Positions 19,340 to 28,037 of a stretch of 64,000 nt of DNA are shown here, one piece after another. A program made the position numbers and the translations under genes. Each line of letters starts with the position of its first letter. The first letter of the stretch is position 1. This stretch comes from Candidatus Moranbacteria bacterium GW2011_GWC2_40_12 (lineage in GTDB: Bacteria > Patescibacteriota > Minisyncoccia > Moranbacterales > UBA11712): NCBI GenBank assembly GCA_000995965.1, contig LBYD01000002.1, positions 270,563 through 334,562 of the forward strand, read 5' to 3'. The notes beneath the pieces were generated by a model. That model had not been told where the DNA came from and searched no databases. It saw only the letters and a program-made list of their open reading frames with translations.

Positions 19340-19666
19340 TTATCCTCTCCCAATCCCATACTTTGCGATGTTCAAAGCGTGCCATCTCCACGCTTTTCGC
19401 GTAATTTCGTAAGTGTCAGCTGATTGATTTGCGGGACTGCGTTTGCGTCCTTTTTTGCAGATAGGTTTCTCCTCCACAAGCCCCAGGCCTTTCATGACCT
19501 TCAGGTGTGGGATCGTTTCAGCTTTCAGGTGAAGCCTGAACTTTCCTCCCTCGCGGGAAAATCCTTCTTTGTCCGCAAAGACAGCAGCTAGTTTGTTTAG
19601 TATGTCTTCAAGAACATTAATGGGAATGATGTTTTGAGTTTCCCACGCTATTTCATTTGGAATCAT
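19340..19666 (-). CDS. Hypothetical protein (possible winged helix)
   Basis: SD GGAGG before ATG at 19666; GLVEE...YEIT..A pattern. Confidence 0.6.
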   Translation of the reverse strand: MIPNEIAWETQNIIPINVLEDILNKLAAVFADKEGFSREGGKFRLHLKAETIPHLKVMKGLGLVEEKPICKKGRKRSPANQSADTYEITRKAWRWHALNIAKYGIGRG

Positions 19667-19831
19667 ATAAGCTTCCTCCGTTTCCCGTAGAATATTTCCA
19701 GCTCGTTTGAGCGGGTAAGGAACATTTTTTCTTGTCCCCATCCTATCCCAAAATGGCTGATTTATCAAGAAACTGGAAAGTTTTGACTGAATATGGTAAA
19801 ATAGGATAGTCTTAATTGCGCAAAACACAAA

Positions 19832-22105
19832 ATGGGCAGACGCCGAAAAAAAGATAAAAACGGGGAAGAAAAAACAAACGGGCGGGGGAGGACGCCGAGA
19901 AATAAAGGATTGAGCGGTGACACAAAAAGAAGCATTGTCGCTGTTTTTCTCATTGCCTTGGCCATTCTCTCCATTTTCAGCCTTTTTGGAGGAGCGGGAA
20001 CGTTTGGTGTGTATTTCAACAAAATTTTGTCGCTGGCTTTTGGTATTGGGCGCTTTCTTCTTCCGATCCTGATGATTGCCGTCGGATTCATGTATTTCCG
20101 GCGGGATACCGAGGCTTATTATGTCTTTGTGGCAGCCGGATTCATTTTATTTTTCGCGAGTGTTCTCGGTATCGTCCATATTTTCAATCCACTTTCCGAA
20201 ATGCTAGCCGTCGCGAAAGGCGGTTCGGGCGGCGGATTTTTAGGCGCGGCAACCGCTTATCCGGCTCTCAAATTTTTCGGTTTTTGGGCGGGAGCCATTG
20301 TGCTGCTCTCGGTTGCCCTGGCATCTTTGCTGCTTGCGCTCAATGTTCCATTTCGGGCGCTATTGAAACCAATTGAATGGATGAAAGAAGAGGAAGAGGA
20401 GGCCGAAGATGAGAGAGGGGAGGAAGAGCCAAGAGTTTCTGTTGAAGAAAAAAAGTCTGCAGCGGTGAAAATAAGCGAGATACTAAAAAGAAAGCCGGAA
20501 AGAGCGGCAACAGAGAAAAAAATGCCAATTGTGGAAAGACAAAGCGGTCCAATCGGATGGAAATTTCCCCCGCTTGATCTTCTGGAAAAAACAACTGGCA
20601 AGGCCAAGGCCGGCGATATCGAATCGACCGCAAAAGTAATTCAGGAAACATTCAAGAATTTCGGGATCGAAGTCGAAATCGGCGACATCAGTGTCGGACC
20701 GTCGGTGACACAGTATTGTTTCAAACCAGCAGCCGGAATCAAGCTTTCAAAAATAACGGGACTGAATAATAATCTTTCTCTGGCATTGGCCGCGCATCCA
20801 ATCCGTATTGAAGCGCCTATTCCTGGAAAATCTCTTATCGGAATTGAGGTGCCCAACAAGGTTTCGACAATGGTTCGGCTTCGGAATATCATCGAAAGTT
20901 CTGAGTTCGCGGAAAGGAAAACGAATCTCACTTTGGCGCTTGGGCAGGACGTTGCCGGAAATTATATTCTTGGCGATCTCACGGAAATGCCCCATCTCAT
21001 GATTGCAGGTGCGACCGGGACCGGGAAAAGCGTCTGCATCAACACGCTCATCACGTCACTGCTTTACCAAAATTCGCCTGACGATTTGAAGCTGATTTTG
21101 ATTGACCCGAAACGGGTAGAGCTGACAGCGTTCAACGGCATTCCGCATCTTCTCACCCCGACCGTGGTGGATAACGGAAAAGTTGCCAATTCCCTGAAGT
21201 GGGCGATCGGCGAAATGGAAAGGCGCTACAAGATGCTTCAAGAGGCGAGTTCGAGGGATATTTTTTCTTACAACAGCAAGATAAAAGAAGGGCAAACGAA
21301 AAAAATAGTAGACGAGGAGACAGGTGAGGTCGTTGGCGAGGAAGAAGTGAAAAAACTGCCATATATCGTCATCATCATTGACGAATTGGCTGACATTATG
21401 GCTAGTCATTCCAAGGAAGTGGAAGCGGCCATTGTGCGTTTGGCCCAGATGGCGCGAGCGGTGGGTATCCACCTGGTTGTCTCCACACAAAGACCGTCTG
21501 TTGAGGTTTTGACTGGTCTCATCAAGGCGAACATTACGACGAGAATCGCATTCCAAGTGGCGACGCAAATTGATTCGCGGACCATTCTTGATATGGCCGG
21601 AGCGGACAAACTTCTTGGGAATGGGGATATGCTTTTCCTTTCTGCCCGTTCGCCAAAACCAAAAAGGATTCAAGGAGTTTTTGTTTCCGAATCGGAAGTG
21701 AAACGGGTTGTGAAATCAATCAAATCCCAGCTTAAAGAAGAAGTAGAATACAACGAAGAGATTGTTGCGCCGCAGCGGGTAAGTCTGGAAGGGAAAATGA
21801 CAGGGGCAGGTTCTTTGAGCGGAGACGATGAAGGCGATGAACTCTATGAAGAAGCCAAAGATACTGTTTTGAAATCCGGAAAAGCCTCGGCGTCACTTCT
21901 CCAGCGCCGGCTTCGGGTAGGATACGCCCGGGCGGCAAGACTTTTGGATATTCTGGAGGCCAACGGCATTATTGGGCAGGCGGATGGCTCGAAAGCCAGA
22001 GAAATATTGGTTGATAACGGGAACGGATCGAAGCCGGGACAGGAAGAACCCCAGTATGAGGATGATTTTTCAGACCAAAAAGCGAGAGACCGTTGGCAAA
22101 TGTGA
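19832..22105 (+). CDS. ftsK: DNA translocase FtsK
   Basis: N-terminal TM domain, Walker A GATGTGKS, IIIDELAD, gamma domain LQRRLRVGYARAAR. Confidence 0.97.
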   Translation: MGRRRKKDKNGEEKTNGRGRTPRNKGLSGDTKRSIVAVFLIALAILSIFSLFGGAGTFGVYFNKILSLAFGIGRFLLPILMIAVGFMYFRRDTEAYYVFVAAGFILFFASVLGIVHIFNPLSEMLAVAKGGSGGGFLGAATAYPALKFFGFWAGAIVLLSVALASLLLALNVPFRALLKPIEWMKEEEEEAEDERGEEEPRVSVEEKKSAAVKISEILKRKPERAATEKKMPIVERQSGPIGWKFPPLDLLEKTTGKAKAGDIESTAKVIQETFKNFGIEVEIGDISVGPSVTQYCFKPAAGIKLSKITGLNNNLSLALAAHPIRIEAPIPGKSLIGIEVPNKVSTMVRLRNIIESSEFAERKTNLTLALGQDVAGNYILGDLTEMPHLMIAGATGTGKSVCINTLITSLLYQNSPDDLKLILIDPKRVELTAFNGIPHLLTPTVVDNGKVANSLKWAIGEMERRYKMLQEASSRDIFSYNSKIKEGQTKKIVDEETGEVVGEEEVKKLPYIVIIIDELADIMASHSKEVEAAIVRLAQMARAVGIHLVVSTQRPSVEVLTGLIKANITTRIAFQVATQIDSRTILDMAGADKLLGNGDMLFLSARSPKPKRIQGVFVSESEVKRVVKSIKSQLKEEVEYNEEIVAPQRVSLEGKMTGAGSLSGDDEGDELYEEAKDTVLKSGKASASLLQRRLRVGYARAARLLDILEANGIIGQADGSKAREILVDNGNGSKPGQEEPQYEDDFSDQKARDRWQM

Positions 22106-22184
22106 TTTGGGGGAGTATAATAAGGGAAAATAAAAAGACAACTTAGCAGGCTTGTTTTCGATCCTGCTTTTATTATGAAAAAAG

Positions 22185-22268
22185 TGATTTGCAATTTGTA
22201 ATTGGTAATTGGGATAAAAAAGAATTTTTGCAGAATAATCCGAATTACTAATTACTAATTACTAATTA
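22185..22268. repeat. Heptamer-periodic inverted repeat element
   Basis: (TAATTGG)-like left arm, (CTAATTA)x3 right arm. Confidence 0.65.
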
Positions 22269-22275
22269 TAGTAAT

Positions 22276-23274
22276 TTGCTTCGCAATTTTACTAAGAAAA
22301 AAATAAATTCCTATACCCTCGGTGAACAGCTGAAAAAGATGCGGAGCGACGGCCGGGTGACTCTTCACGAAGTTTCGCGGGAAACAAAGATTCCAGTTAA
22401 ATATTTGGCGATGATCGAAGAAGGAGACTCGGAAAATCTCCCGCCGGATGTATATGTAAAAGGGTTTCTGAAAAGCTACGCTGAATATCTGGGGATTGAC
22501 CATCAAAAGCTTGTTGCTCTTTATCTGCGCGACAAGGATATCAAGAATAATCTTGGAAAGAACGACCGAAAGGAAAAAACGCCCAAGACCTCCCGGTTAC
22601 CGCGTTTTGTGATTACGCCAAAAATGACCACGGCCGCCGTCGCAATCATTATTGCTGCCAGCGGATTTTATTACTTATACAGTGAAATTGGCCGTTTTGC
22701 CGCCCTCCCGAGGCTTGTTGTCACCGATCCGGCAGGGGACACGTCAGTAGAAGGAAATTCTATCACTATTTCCGGTTTCACCGATCAGGACGCGAAACTT
22801 ACTATCAATGAACAGGCCGTGATGGTGAAGGACAACGGTGAATTTCAGGAAAATCTTTTGCTTCAGGAAGGCGTGAATTCAATCAACATATCTTCGATGA
22901 ACAGGTTTGGGAAAACAGCGGTGAAAACATTGAATATAAGCTCAAACTATAAAAAGCCGGAAATTGCCTTTGATGAAAATGGAGGCGGTGAAGGGCAGGT
23001 AAGCGGAGAGCAAGCGAGGAAAGAAGAGGGTGTCGAGATTGCCTTGAGAGTAGACGCCAACCCGACCTGGCTTTCCGTCGAAATTGACGGGAAACTTGTT
23101 TATTCGGGGACAATGCTTCCTGGAGCGACGCAGAGCTTCAAAGGCGAGAAGGAAGTCAGAGTAACCAGCGGAAAAGCGAATCAAACCTTCATCCAGGTGA
23201 ACGGGAAAGATGAAAAAATTTTGGCGGATGATCCGGGAATAGTGAGGGATGTATTGTTTGGTCCAAATGATTAA
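22276..23274 (+). CDS. RodZ-like protein (HTH, TM, Ig-like and DUF4115-like domains)
   Basis: TLGEQLK..R...YVKGFLKSYAEYLG HTH; C-terminal WLSVEIDGK; ftsK-rodZ-recA synteny. Confidence 0.85.
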   Translation: MLRNFTKKKINSYTLGEQLKKMRSDGRVTLHEVSRETKIPVKYLAMIEEGDSENLPPDVYVKGFLKSYAEYLGIDHQKLVALYLRDKDIKNNLGKNDRKEKTPKTSRLPRFVITPKMTTAAVAIIIAASGFYYLYSEIGRFAALPRLVVTDPAGDTSVEGNSITISGFTDQDAKLTINEQAVMVKDNGEFQENLLLQEGVNSINISSMNRFGKTAVKTLNISSNYKKPEIAFDENGGGEGQVSGEQARKEEGVEIALRVDANPTWLSVEIDGKLVYSGTMLPGATQSFKGEKEVRVTSGKANQTFIQVNGKDEKILADDPGIVRDVLFGPND

Positions 23275-23376
23275 CTGTTTTCCAAATAAGAATCTTATAC
23301 GAATATGCAAATGCAAAAATATTCGCAATTGATAAATTCGTTAAGCAAAGCGTATTCATAATTCGTAAAAAAATTT

Positions 23377-24369
23377 ATGTCAAAAGAATCTCAAAACAAA
23401 GAAACTCTGCTAGAGGATACCGTCAAGGAAATCAAGGACCGCTTTGGAGACGGGTCAATTATGAAACTTGGGGATGTGAAAAGAGTTGATGTGGCGGCTA
23501 TCCCGACTGGTGCGCCATCCCTGGATTTGGCGCTTGGGATTGGCGGAGTTCCGCGAGGGAGAATCATTGAAATATACGGCCCGGAATCATCCGGGAAGAC
23601 GACACTTGCTCTCCATATTGTGGCCAATGCCCAAAAAACGGGCTCGGCTGCCTTCATTGACGCGGAGCACGCCCTTGACCCTTCTTATGCCAAAAAAATC
23701 GGAGTAAATCTCAATGATCTTTTGATATCTCAGCCTGACAATGGGGAACAAGCGCTGGATATCGTGGAGACGCTTGTGAAATCGAACGCCGTGGACGTGA
23801 TCGTTATCGACAGCGTAGCCGCCCTGACTCCGCAAGCGGAGATTGAAGGCGAGATGGGAGATAGCCATATGGGGCGGCAAGCGCGACTCATGTCTCAGGC
23901 CCTTCGCAAACTCACGGCAATCGGTGCGAAAAGTAATGTGACCATAATTTTCATAAATCAGATCCGAATGAAAATCGGAGTTGTTTTTGGCAATCCCGAG
24001 ACAACTACCGGAGGAAACGCCTTGAAATTCTATGCTTCCGTCCGTATTGAAGTTCGGCGCGCGGCCCAAATAAAAATGGGAGATCAAGTGGTTGGAAACC
24101 GGGTAAAAGCAAAAATTGTGAAAAACAAAGTTGCTCCGCCATTTCAAGTCACTGAATTCGACATCATGTATAACGAGGGCATTTCAAAAGAAGGGGATCT
24201 CATCGACACAGGCGTGAAATATGAAATCGTGACTAAAACCGGAAACTCTTTTTCTTTTGGCGAGACAAAAATTGGCGTTGGCCGAGAAAAGGCGAAAACA
24301 TTTCTGCGCGAAAACCCGAAAGTTTACAAAGAAATCGAAAAAGCGCTCAAAGAAAAGGTGAAAGAATAG
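23377..24369 (+). CDS. recA: Recombinase RecA
   Basis: [37 protein letters not shown]. Confidence 0.99.
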   Translation: MSKESQNKETLLEDTVKEIKDRFGDGSIMKLGDVKRVDVAAIPTGAPSLDLALGIGGVPRGRIIEIYGPESSGKTTLALHIVANAQKTGSAAFIDAEHALDPSYAKKIGVNLNDLLISQPDNGEQALDIVETLVKSNAVDVIVIDSVAALTPQAEIEGEMGDSHMGRQARLMSQALRKLTAIGAKSNVTIIFINQIRMKIGVVFGNPETTTGGNALKFYASVRIEVRRAAQIKMGDQVVGNRVKAKIVKNKVAPPFQVTEFDIMYNEGISKEGDLIDTGVKYEIVTKTGNSFSFGETKIGVGREKAKTFLRENPKVYKEIEKALKEKVKE

Positions 24370-24382
24370 TTTTCTTCCGGAT

Positions 24383-24412
24383 AAAAAAGCGATCCCGAAA
24401 TGGCCGCTTTTT
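24383..24412. terminator. Bidirectional terminator between recA and efp
   Basis: AAAAAAGCG...CGCTTTTT. Confidence 0.55.
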
Positions 24413-24435
24413 GCTTTATATAAAGAATTATTTAT

Positions 24436-24996
24436 TCACTTCGCCCTTTCCACATATTCTCCCGTTTCTGTGTTGATTCGGAGAATGTCGCCAACTTTGA
24501 CAAAGAGGGGGGTATTCACTTTTATTCCGGTTTCGAGTGTCACTTGTTTTGTTCCGCCGTCAGCAGTGTTGCCGCGGATTGCGGGCGGAGCTTCGACGAC
24601 GCGCAATTCAATTTTGACGGGCAATTCTATGTTTATCGGTTTTCCGTTGTAGTTCAGGATTGTTATTTCCGTGCCTTCAAGGAGATATTTCGTCGATCCG
24701 GCAAGAACGGCTTGGGGGAGCGAAAACTGTTCATAAGTCGCGTTGTCCATGAAAAAGAAATTTTCTCCTTCGCGATAGAGATACTGCGCTTTTGTTTTTG
24801 AAATTTGGGCTTCTTCTATTTTATCCGCCCCTTGAAAAGTTTTTTCCATGACCGCTCCGGTATTGAGATTTCTGATTTTTGTCCGCAGCACTGCGCCGGC
24901 CCGCCCGGTCTTTGAATGCTGATGAAAAATAACGAGATAGGGCTCGTTATTTAGCGAAATATTCTTGCCTGTTTTGATGTCAGGAAGATTTAGCAT
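24436..24996 (-). CDS. efp: Elongation factor P
   Basis: KTGRAGAVLRTK, RGNTA, LETG...PLFV..GD....INTETGEY. Confidence 0.96.
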   Translation of the reverse strand: MLNLPDIKTGKNISLNNEPYLVIFHQHSKTGRAGAVLRTKIRNLNTGAVMEKTFQGADKIEEAQISKTKAQYLYREGENFFFMDNATYEQFSLPQAVLAGSTKYLLEGTEITILNYNGKPINIELPVKIELRVVEAPPAIRGNTADGGTKQVTLETGIKVNTPLFVKVGDILRINTETGEYVERAK

Positions 24997-25238
24997 TATT
25001 TTATCAAATAAGAAATCAGCGCCATTGCCCGCGCTCGTTTAACGGATCTGGCAACCATTCTCTGATGCTTCGAGCAATTCCCGGTTCTTTTTGGCGGCAT
25101 AATCTTGGCCTGGGAACTCATGAACTTCCGGAGGAGAAGGGTATCTTTATAGTCAATGGCGTCAATTTTGTTGGCACAGAAATAACAAGGCTTTTTGGGC
25201 AGCGGCTGGCTGTAATTTAGGTTCATTATTTTTTTCAT
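24996..25238 (-). CDS. rpsR: 30S ribosomal protein S18
   Basis: CYFC...IDYKD..LL..F....KI.P...TG.C.KHQR. Confidence 0.97.
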   Translation of the reverse strand: MKKIMNLNYSQPLPKKPCYFCANKIDAIDYKDTLLLRKFMSSQAKIMPPKRTGNCSKHQRMVARSVKRARAMALISYLIK

Positions 25239-25249
25239 GGCGTGTAAGA

Positions 25250-25747
25250 TTAAAACGGAATATCTTCAATTTTTACTTCGTCCTGGCTCTCGTCAATCTG
25301 GATTGTTGGAATTTCTTCGGGTTGGAGCGGAGCGGGTCGGGCAGACGAAGTTTGCGGCGATGGAGACGGCTGGGCTTGTCGAGGCGCAGATGGTTGGAAA
25401 GAAGAAGTCCCTTGAGGTTTTCGATCGAGCATAATCATGTTCTCCATGACTACTTCGGTCATATATCGCTTATTCCCGTCTTGTCCCTGCCAGCTACGGG
25501 TTTGAATACGCCCTTCGACAAAAACTTTGCTTCCTTTTCGGAGATATTGGCCGCAGATTTCGGCCAGTTTTCCCCAAGCGACGATATTATGAAATTCAGC
25601 TGATTCCTTTCTCTCTCCGGAATTTGGATCTTTCCAGACGCGATTAGTGGCCAGGCCAAAATTAGCAACGGATTGTCCCGACGGAGTAGAGCGCAGTTCC
25701 GGATCGCGGGTTATATTGCCAATGAGCATTGCTTTGTTGAGATCCAT
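25250..25747 (-). CDS. ssb: Single-stranded DNA-binding protein
   Basis: NKAMLIGNITRDPELR; C-terminal DIPF. Confidence 0.98.
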   Translation of the reverse strand: MDLNKAMLIGNITRDPELRSTPSGQSVANFGLATNRVWKDPNSGERKESAEFHNIVAWGKLAEICGQYLRKGSKVFVEGRIQTRSWQGQDGNKRYMTEVVMENMIMLDRKPQGTSSFQPSAPRQAQPSPSPQTSSARPAPLQPEEIPTIQIDESQDEVKIEDIPF

Positions 25748-25751
25748 AGTT

Positions 25752-25846
25752 TTGTGAATTAAGAATTATGAATTGTGAATGGGAATGTAGAATATAGGGA
25801 ATAAAGAATAGTATATTCTCAATTCTAAATTCTCAATTCCCAATTC
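25752..25846. repeat. Heptamer-periodic inverted repeat element
   Basis: (TTRTGAA)n ... (TTCTCAA)n between rpsF and ssb. Confidence 0.65.
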
Positions 25847-26352
25847 TAGGAGGGTGTTTCTTCCAAAATTTCGCTCAATTTCTCATCAAGCTCGGAAAGA
25901 GAGGCCTTGGGTTTGTCCTCATCGATTTTTGTTTCTGCCACCGGCCCGGCTGGTTTTTCAATCTGTTTAGGACTAGTCGGTTTTTCTTTTCCTCCGCCTG
26001 TTCTTGTCTTGGCTTTTTCTTCTTCGAATTTGATTCCTCCCGATATGATTGGCTTTCCGATTTCTTCGGCTCTGACAACAATATGCCGCATAATATTGCC
26101 GTAAAGGCCTAAACGTTTTCCGATCTCGGGAATATTTTGCCTGTTTTCGTCGTCAAGCGAGAAGCGGACAAAACTGAAAAAAGCGTGGGTGTTTCGCTTG
26201 ATGGGATAAGCCAGCTTTCTTTTTCCGATGTCCGAAAAGCCGCCCGAAAGCTTTCCGCCAAGGCTTTCAAGAATTTCAGTGATATCTTTTTTAATGGAGC
26301 CGATTTTGTCCTCGTTCGCGACTTGGGTGAAAAAAAGAAGTTCGTATTCCAC
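25846..26352 (-). CDS. rpsF: 30S ribosomal protein S6 with C-terminal extension
   Basis: YEL, GKRKLAYPI, IMRH; GTG at 26352 is the likely start (ORF track starts at 26421). Confidence 0.92.
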   Translation of the reverse strand: MEYELLFFTQVANEDKIGSIKKDITEILESLGGKLSGGFSDIGKRKLAYPIKRNTHAFFSFVRFSLDDENRQNIPEIGKRLGLYGNIMRHIVVRAEEIGKPIISGGIKFEEEKAKTRTGGGKEKPTSPKQIEKPAGPVAETKIDEDKPKASLSELDEKLSEILEETPS

Positions 26353-26364
26353 TGGATATTTGAT

Positions 26365-26452
26365 AAAAATTAATCCACCAAGAAAGTCCGTTCCGTTGGT
26401 GGAATTTGGCTCTCTATCCAAAGAGGCGGAGAACCAATGGACTTTCCTGATT
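26365..26452 (-). promoter_or_regulatory. Structured 5' leader of rpsF-ssb-rpsR-efp
   Basis: Stems GAAAGUCC/GGACUUUC, UUGGUUCUC/GAGAGCCAA and UCCACCAA/UUGGUGGA followed by a U tract. Confidence 0.55.
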
Positions 26453-26535
26453 GTGAAATAAGCCTATCATAGAACCTTTTTCTTGGCAAGCCGAAGAAAT
26501 CATGCTAGGATAAATGCATATAAAAAAAGATTCAT

Positions 26536-26703
26536 ATGTTCAACGAAGAAAAGGTGAAAAAGGATCTGGAAAAGATGCGGGATATGTATAAAAAAGCCCT
26601 CAAGGATCTCAAAGATATTGATGCGAGGCAGGAGGAAATCGCGAAAAAAATATATTCAATGCCTAAGCGTAATTTGAATAAAAGAAAAATATGGGAGCAA
26701 TAG
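26536..26703 (+). CDS. Small coiled-coil hypothetical protein (55 aa)
   Basis: MFNEEKVKKDLEKMRDMYKKALKDLKDIDARQEEIAKK...; overlaps the next ORF start. Confidence 0.45.
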   Translation: MFNEEKVKKDLEKMRDMYKKALKDLKDIDARQEEIAKKIYSMPKRNLNKRKIWEQ

Positions 26704-26897
26704 AACGAGAAGAAACATTACCAACGCTGGACATGGCTGATCATATGAGAAATGAAATAGAAATGAATGCAAGAAGAATATTGGCAAGAAACAATGATCT
26801 GAAAAACGAAGCTTCACAAAGACCGGGAGCGGAGGTGTATTTTTTGGATTTGGAAAGAATCAAAGAAGAGGTGGAAAAAATTAAAGATAAATATTAG
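26691..26897 (+). CDS. Small hypothetical protein
   Basis: 68-aa ORF from the track. Confidence 0.55.
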   Translation: MGAIEREETLPTLDMADHMRNEIEMNARRILARNNDLKNEASQRPGAEVYFLDLERIKEEVEKIKDKY

Positions 26898-26911
26898 AGA
26901 CCAGAAATATT

Positions 26912-26975
26912 TCAGATCTTGAACTCAATCACCCCGATAGTGAAAGCCTTGCTTTGCTACGGGGCAAGCATCTCC
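26912..26975 (-). other. Duplicated ychF 3' end (att-like scar) interrupted by a 37-bp palindrome
   Basis: GGA GAT G[37 bp]TG ATT GAG TTC AAG ATC TGA encodes GDVIEFKI*, identical to the YchF C-terminus. Confidence 0.75.
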
Positions 26976-26983
26976 TTTCAGTT

Positions 26984-28033
26984 TCAGATTTTGAATTCGA
27001 TTACATCGCCATCTTTCACTATATAGTCCTTTCCTTCGGTGCGGAGAGTGCCGAGTTCACGGGCCTTGGCCCAGGAACCGGCTTCGAGAAGTTTTTGCCA
27101 ATTGATCACGTCCGCGCGGATGAATTTTTCTTCAAAATCGCTGTGAATGGCTCGGCCTGCCTCAGGAGCAGTCGAGTCATATTTCACGGTCCAGGCGCGG
27201 GTTTCATCCTCACCGGTCGTGAGAAAAGTTATCAGGTTCAAGACTTCGTATGATTTTAAAATAAGTTTGTCGAGATTTGATTTCATTCCAAGTTCCGCGG
27301 ATTCATTAGCTGACATTTGAGAAAGCTCTTCTTCGATTTTGATGTCTACAGCGACACTATTGACCCTAGAGCTGACCCTAGAGCTGAGCTCTAGGGTATT
27401 TTTTTCGTGGATATTTAGGACATAAAATATTGGTTTCCAAGTGAGGAGCTGCATATCTTTTACCAATGCCATATCTTCGGCAGATAATTTCAGGTCTCTC
27501 GCAAGTTTTCCTTCATCAAGAATAATTTTAATTTTCTTCGCTACCCCCAGTGCGGCGATCGCTTCTTTGTTTTGTCCCCGGGCCTCTTTCTCAAGTTTTA
27601 CAATGCGTTTACTAACAGTATCGAGGTCAGCGAGGATCAGTTCTGTATTGATAATCTCAATATCATTTTGCGGATCAATTTTGTCGTGGATATGAGTAAT
27701 ATTTTTATCTTCGAAGACGCGGACGACTTGGACAATCGCGTCTACTTCTCGGATATGCGCCAAAAATTTGTTTCCCAGTCCTTCGCCTTCGGCGGCGCCC
27801 TTGACGAGTCCGGCAATATCGACAAATTCAATAACCGTTGGCACAACTTTGGCCGACTTCGACATCTTCGCCAATTTCTCGAGCCTTTCATCCGGCACTT
27901 TCACAATCCCGACATTCGGCTCAATGGTGCAGAAAGGATAATTGGCGATATCCACCGGATTTTTGGTGAGGGCTTTGAAGAGGGTGGACTTTCCCACGTT
28001 CGGCAACCCCACGATTCCGACTTTTAGTGACAT
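26984..28033 (-). CDS. ychF: Redox-regulated ATPase YchF
   Basis: GIVGLPNVGKST, NYPFCTIEPN, DIAGLV, EGKDYIVKDGD. Confidence 0.98.
   Translation of the reverse strand: MSLKVGIVGLPNVGKSTLFKALTKNPVDIANYPFCTIEPNVGIVKVPDERLEKLAKMSKSAKVVPTVIEFVDIAGLVKGAAEGEGLGNKFLAHIREVDAIVQVVRVFEDKNITHIHDKIDPQNDIEIINTELILADLDTVSKRIVKLEKEARGQNKEAIAALGVAKKIKIILDEGKLARDLKLSAEDMALVKDMQLLTWKPIFYVLNIHEKNTLELSSRVSSRVNSVAVDIKIEEELSQMSANESAELGMKSNLDKLILKSYEVLNLITFLTTGEDETRAWTVKYDSTAPEAGRAIHSDFEEKFIRADVINWQKLLEAGSWAKARELGTLRTEGKDYIVKDGDVIEFKI
27363..27397. repeat. Palindromic element read in frame within ychF
   Basis: ACCCTAGAGCTG plus ACCCTAGAGCTGAGCTCTAGGGT; the 23-mer is identical to 38628-38650. Confidence 0.85.
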
Positions 28034-28037
28034 AAAT

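Noticed and set aside
9278-24369. Inteins or introns in rpoB, rpoC or recA
   Set aside because: Lengths are normal or compact and no splicing motifs were seen
26436-26450. RNase P RNA suggested by minus-strand AGGAAAGTCC
   Set aside because: Only about 100 nt are available before rpsF, the matching 3' motif is absent, and the segment pairs locally
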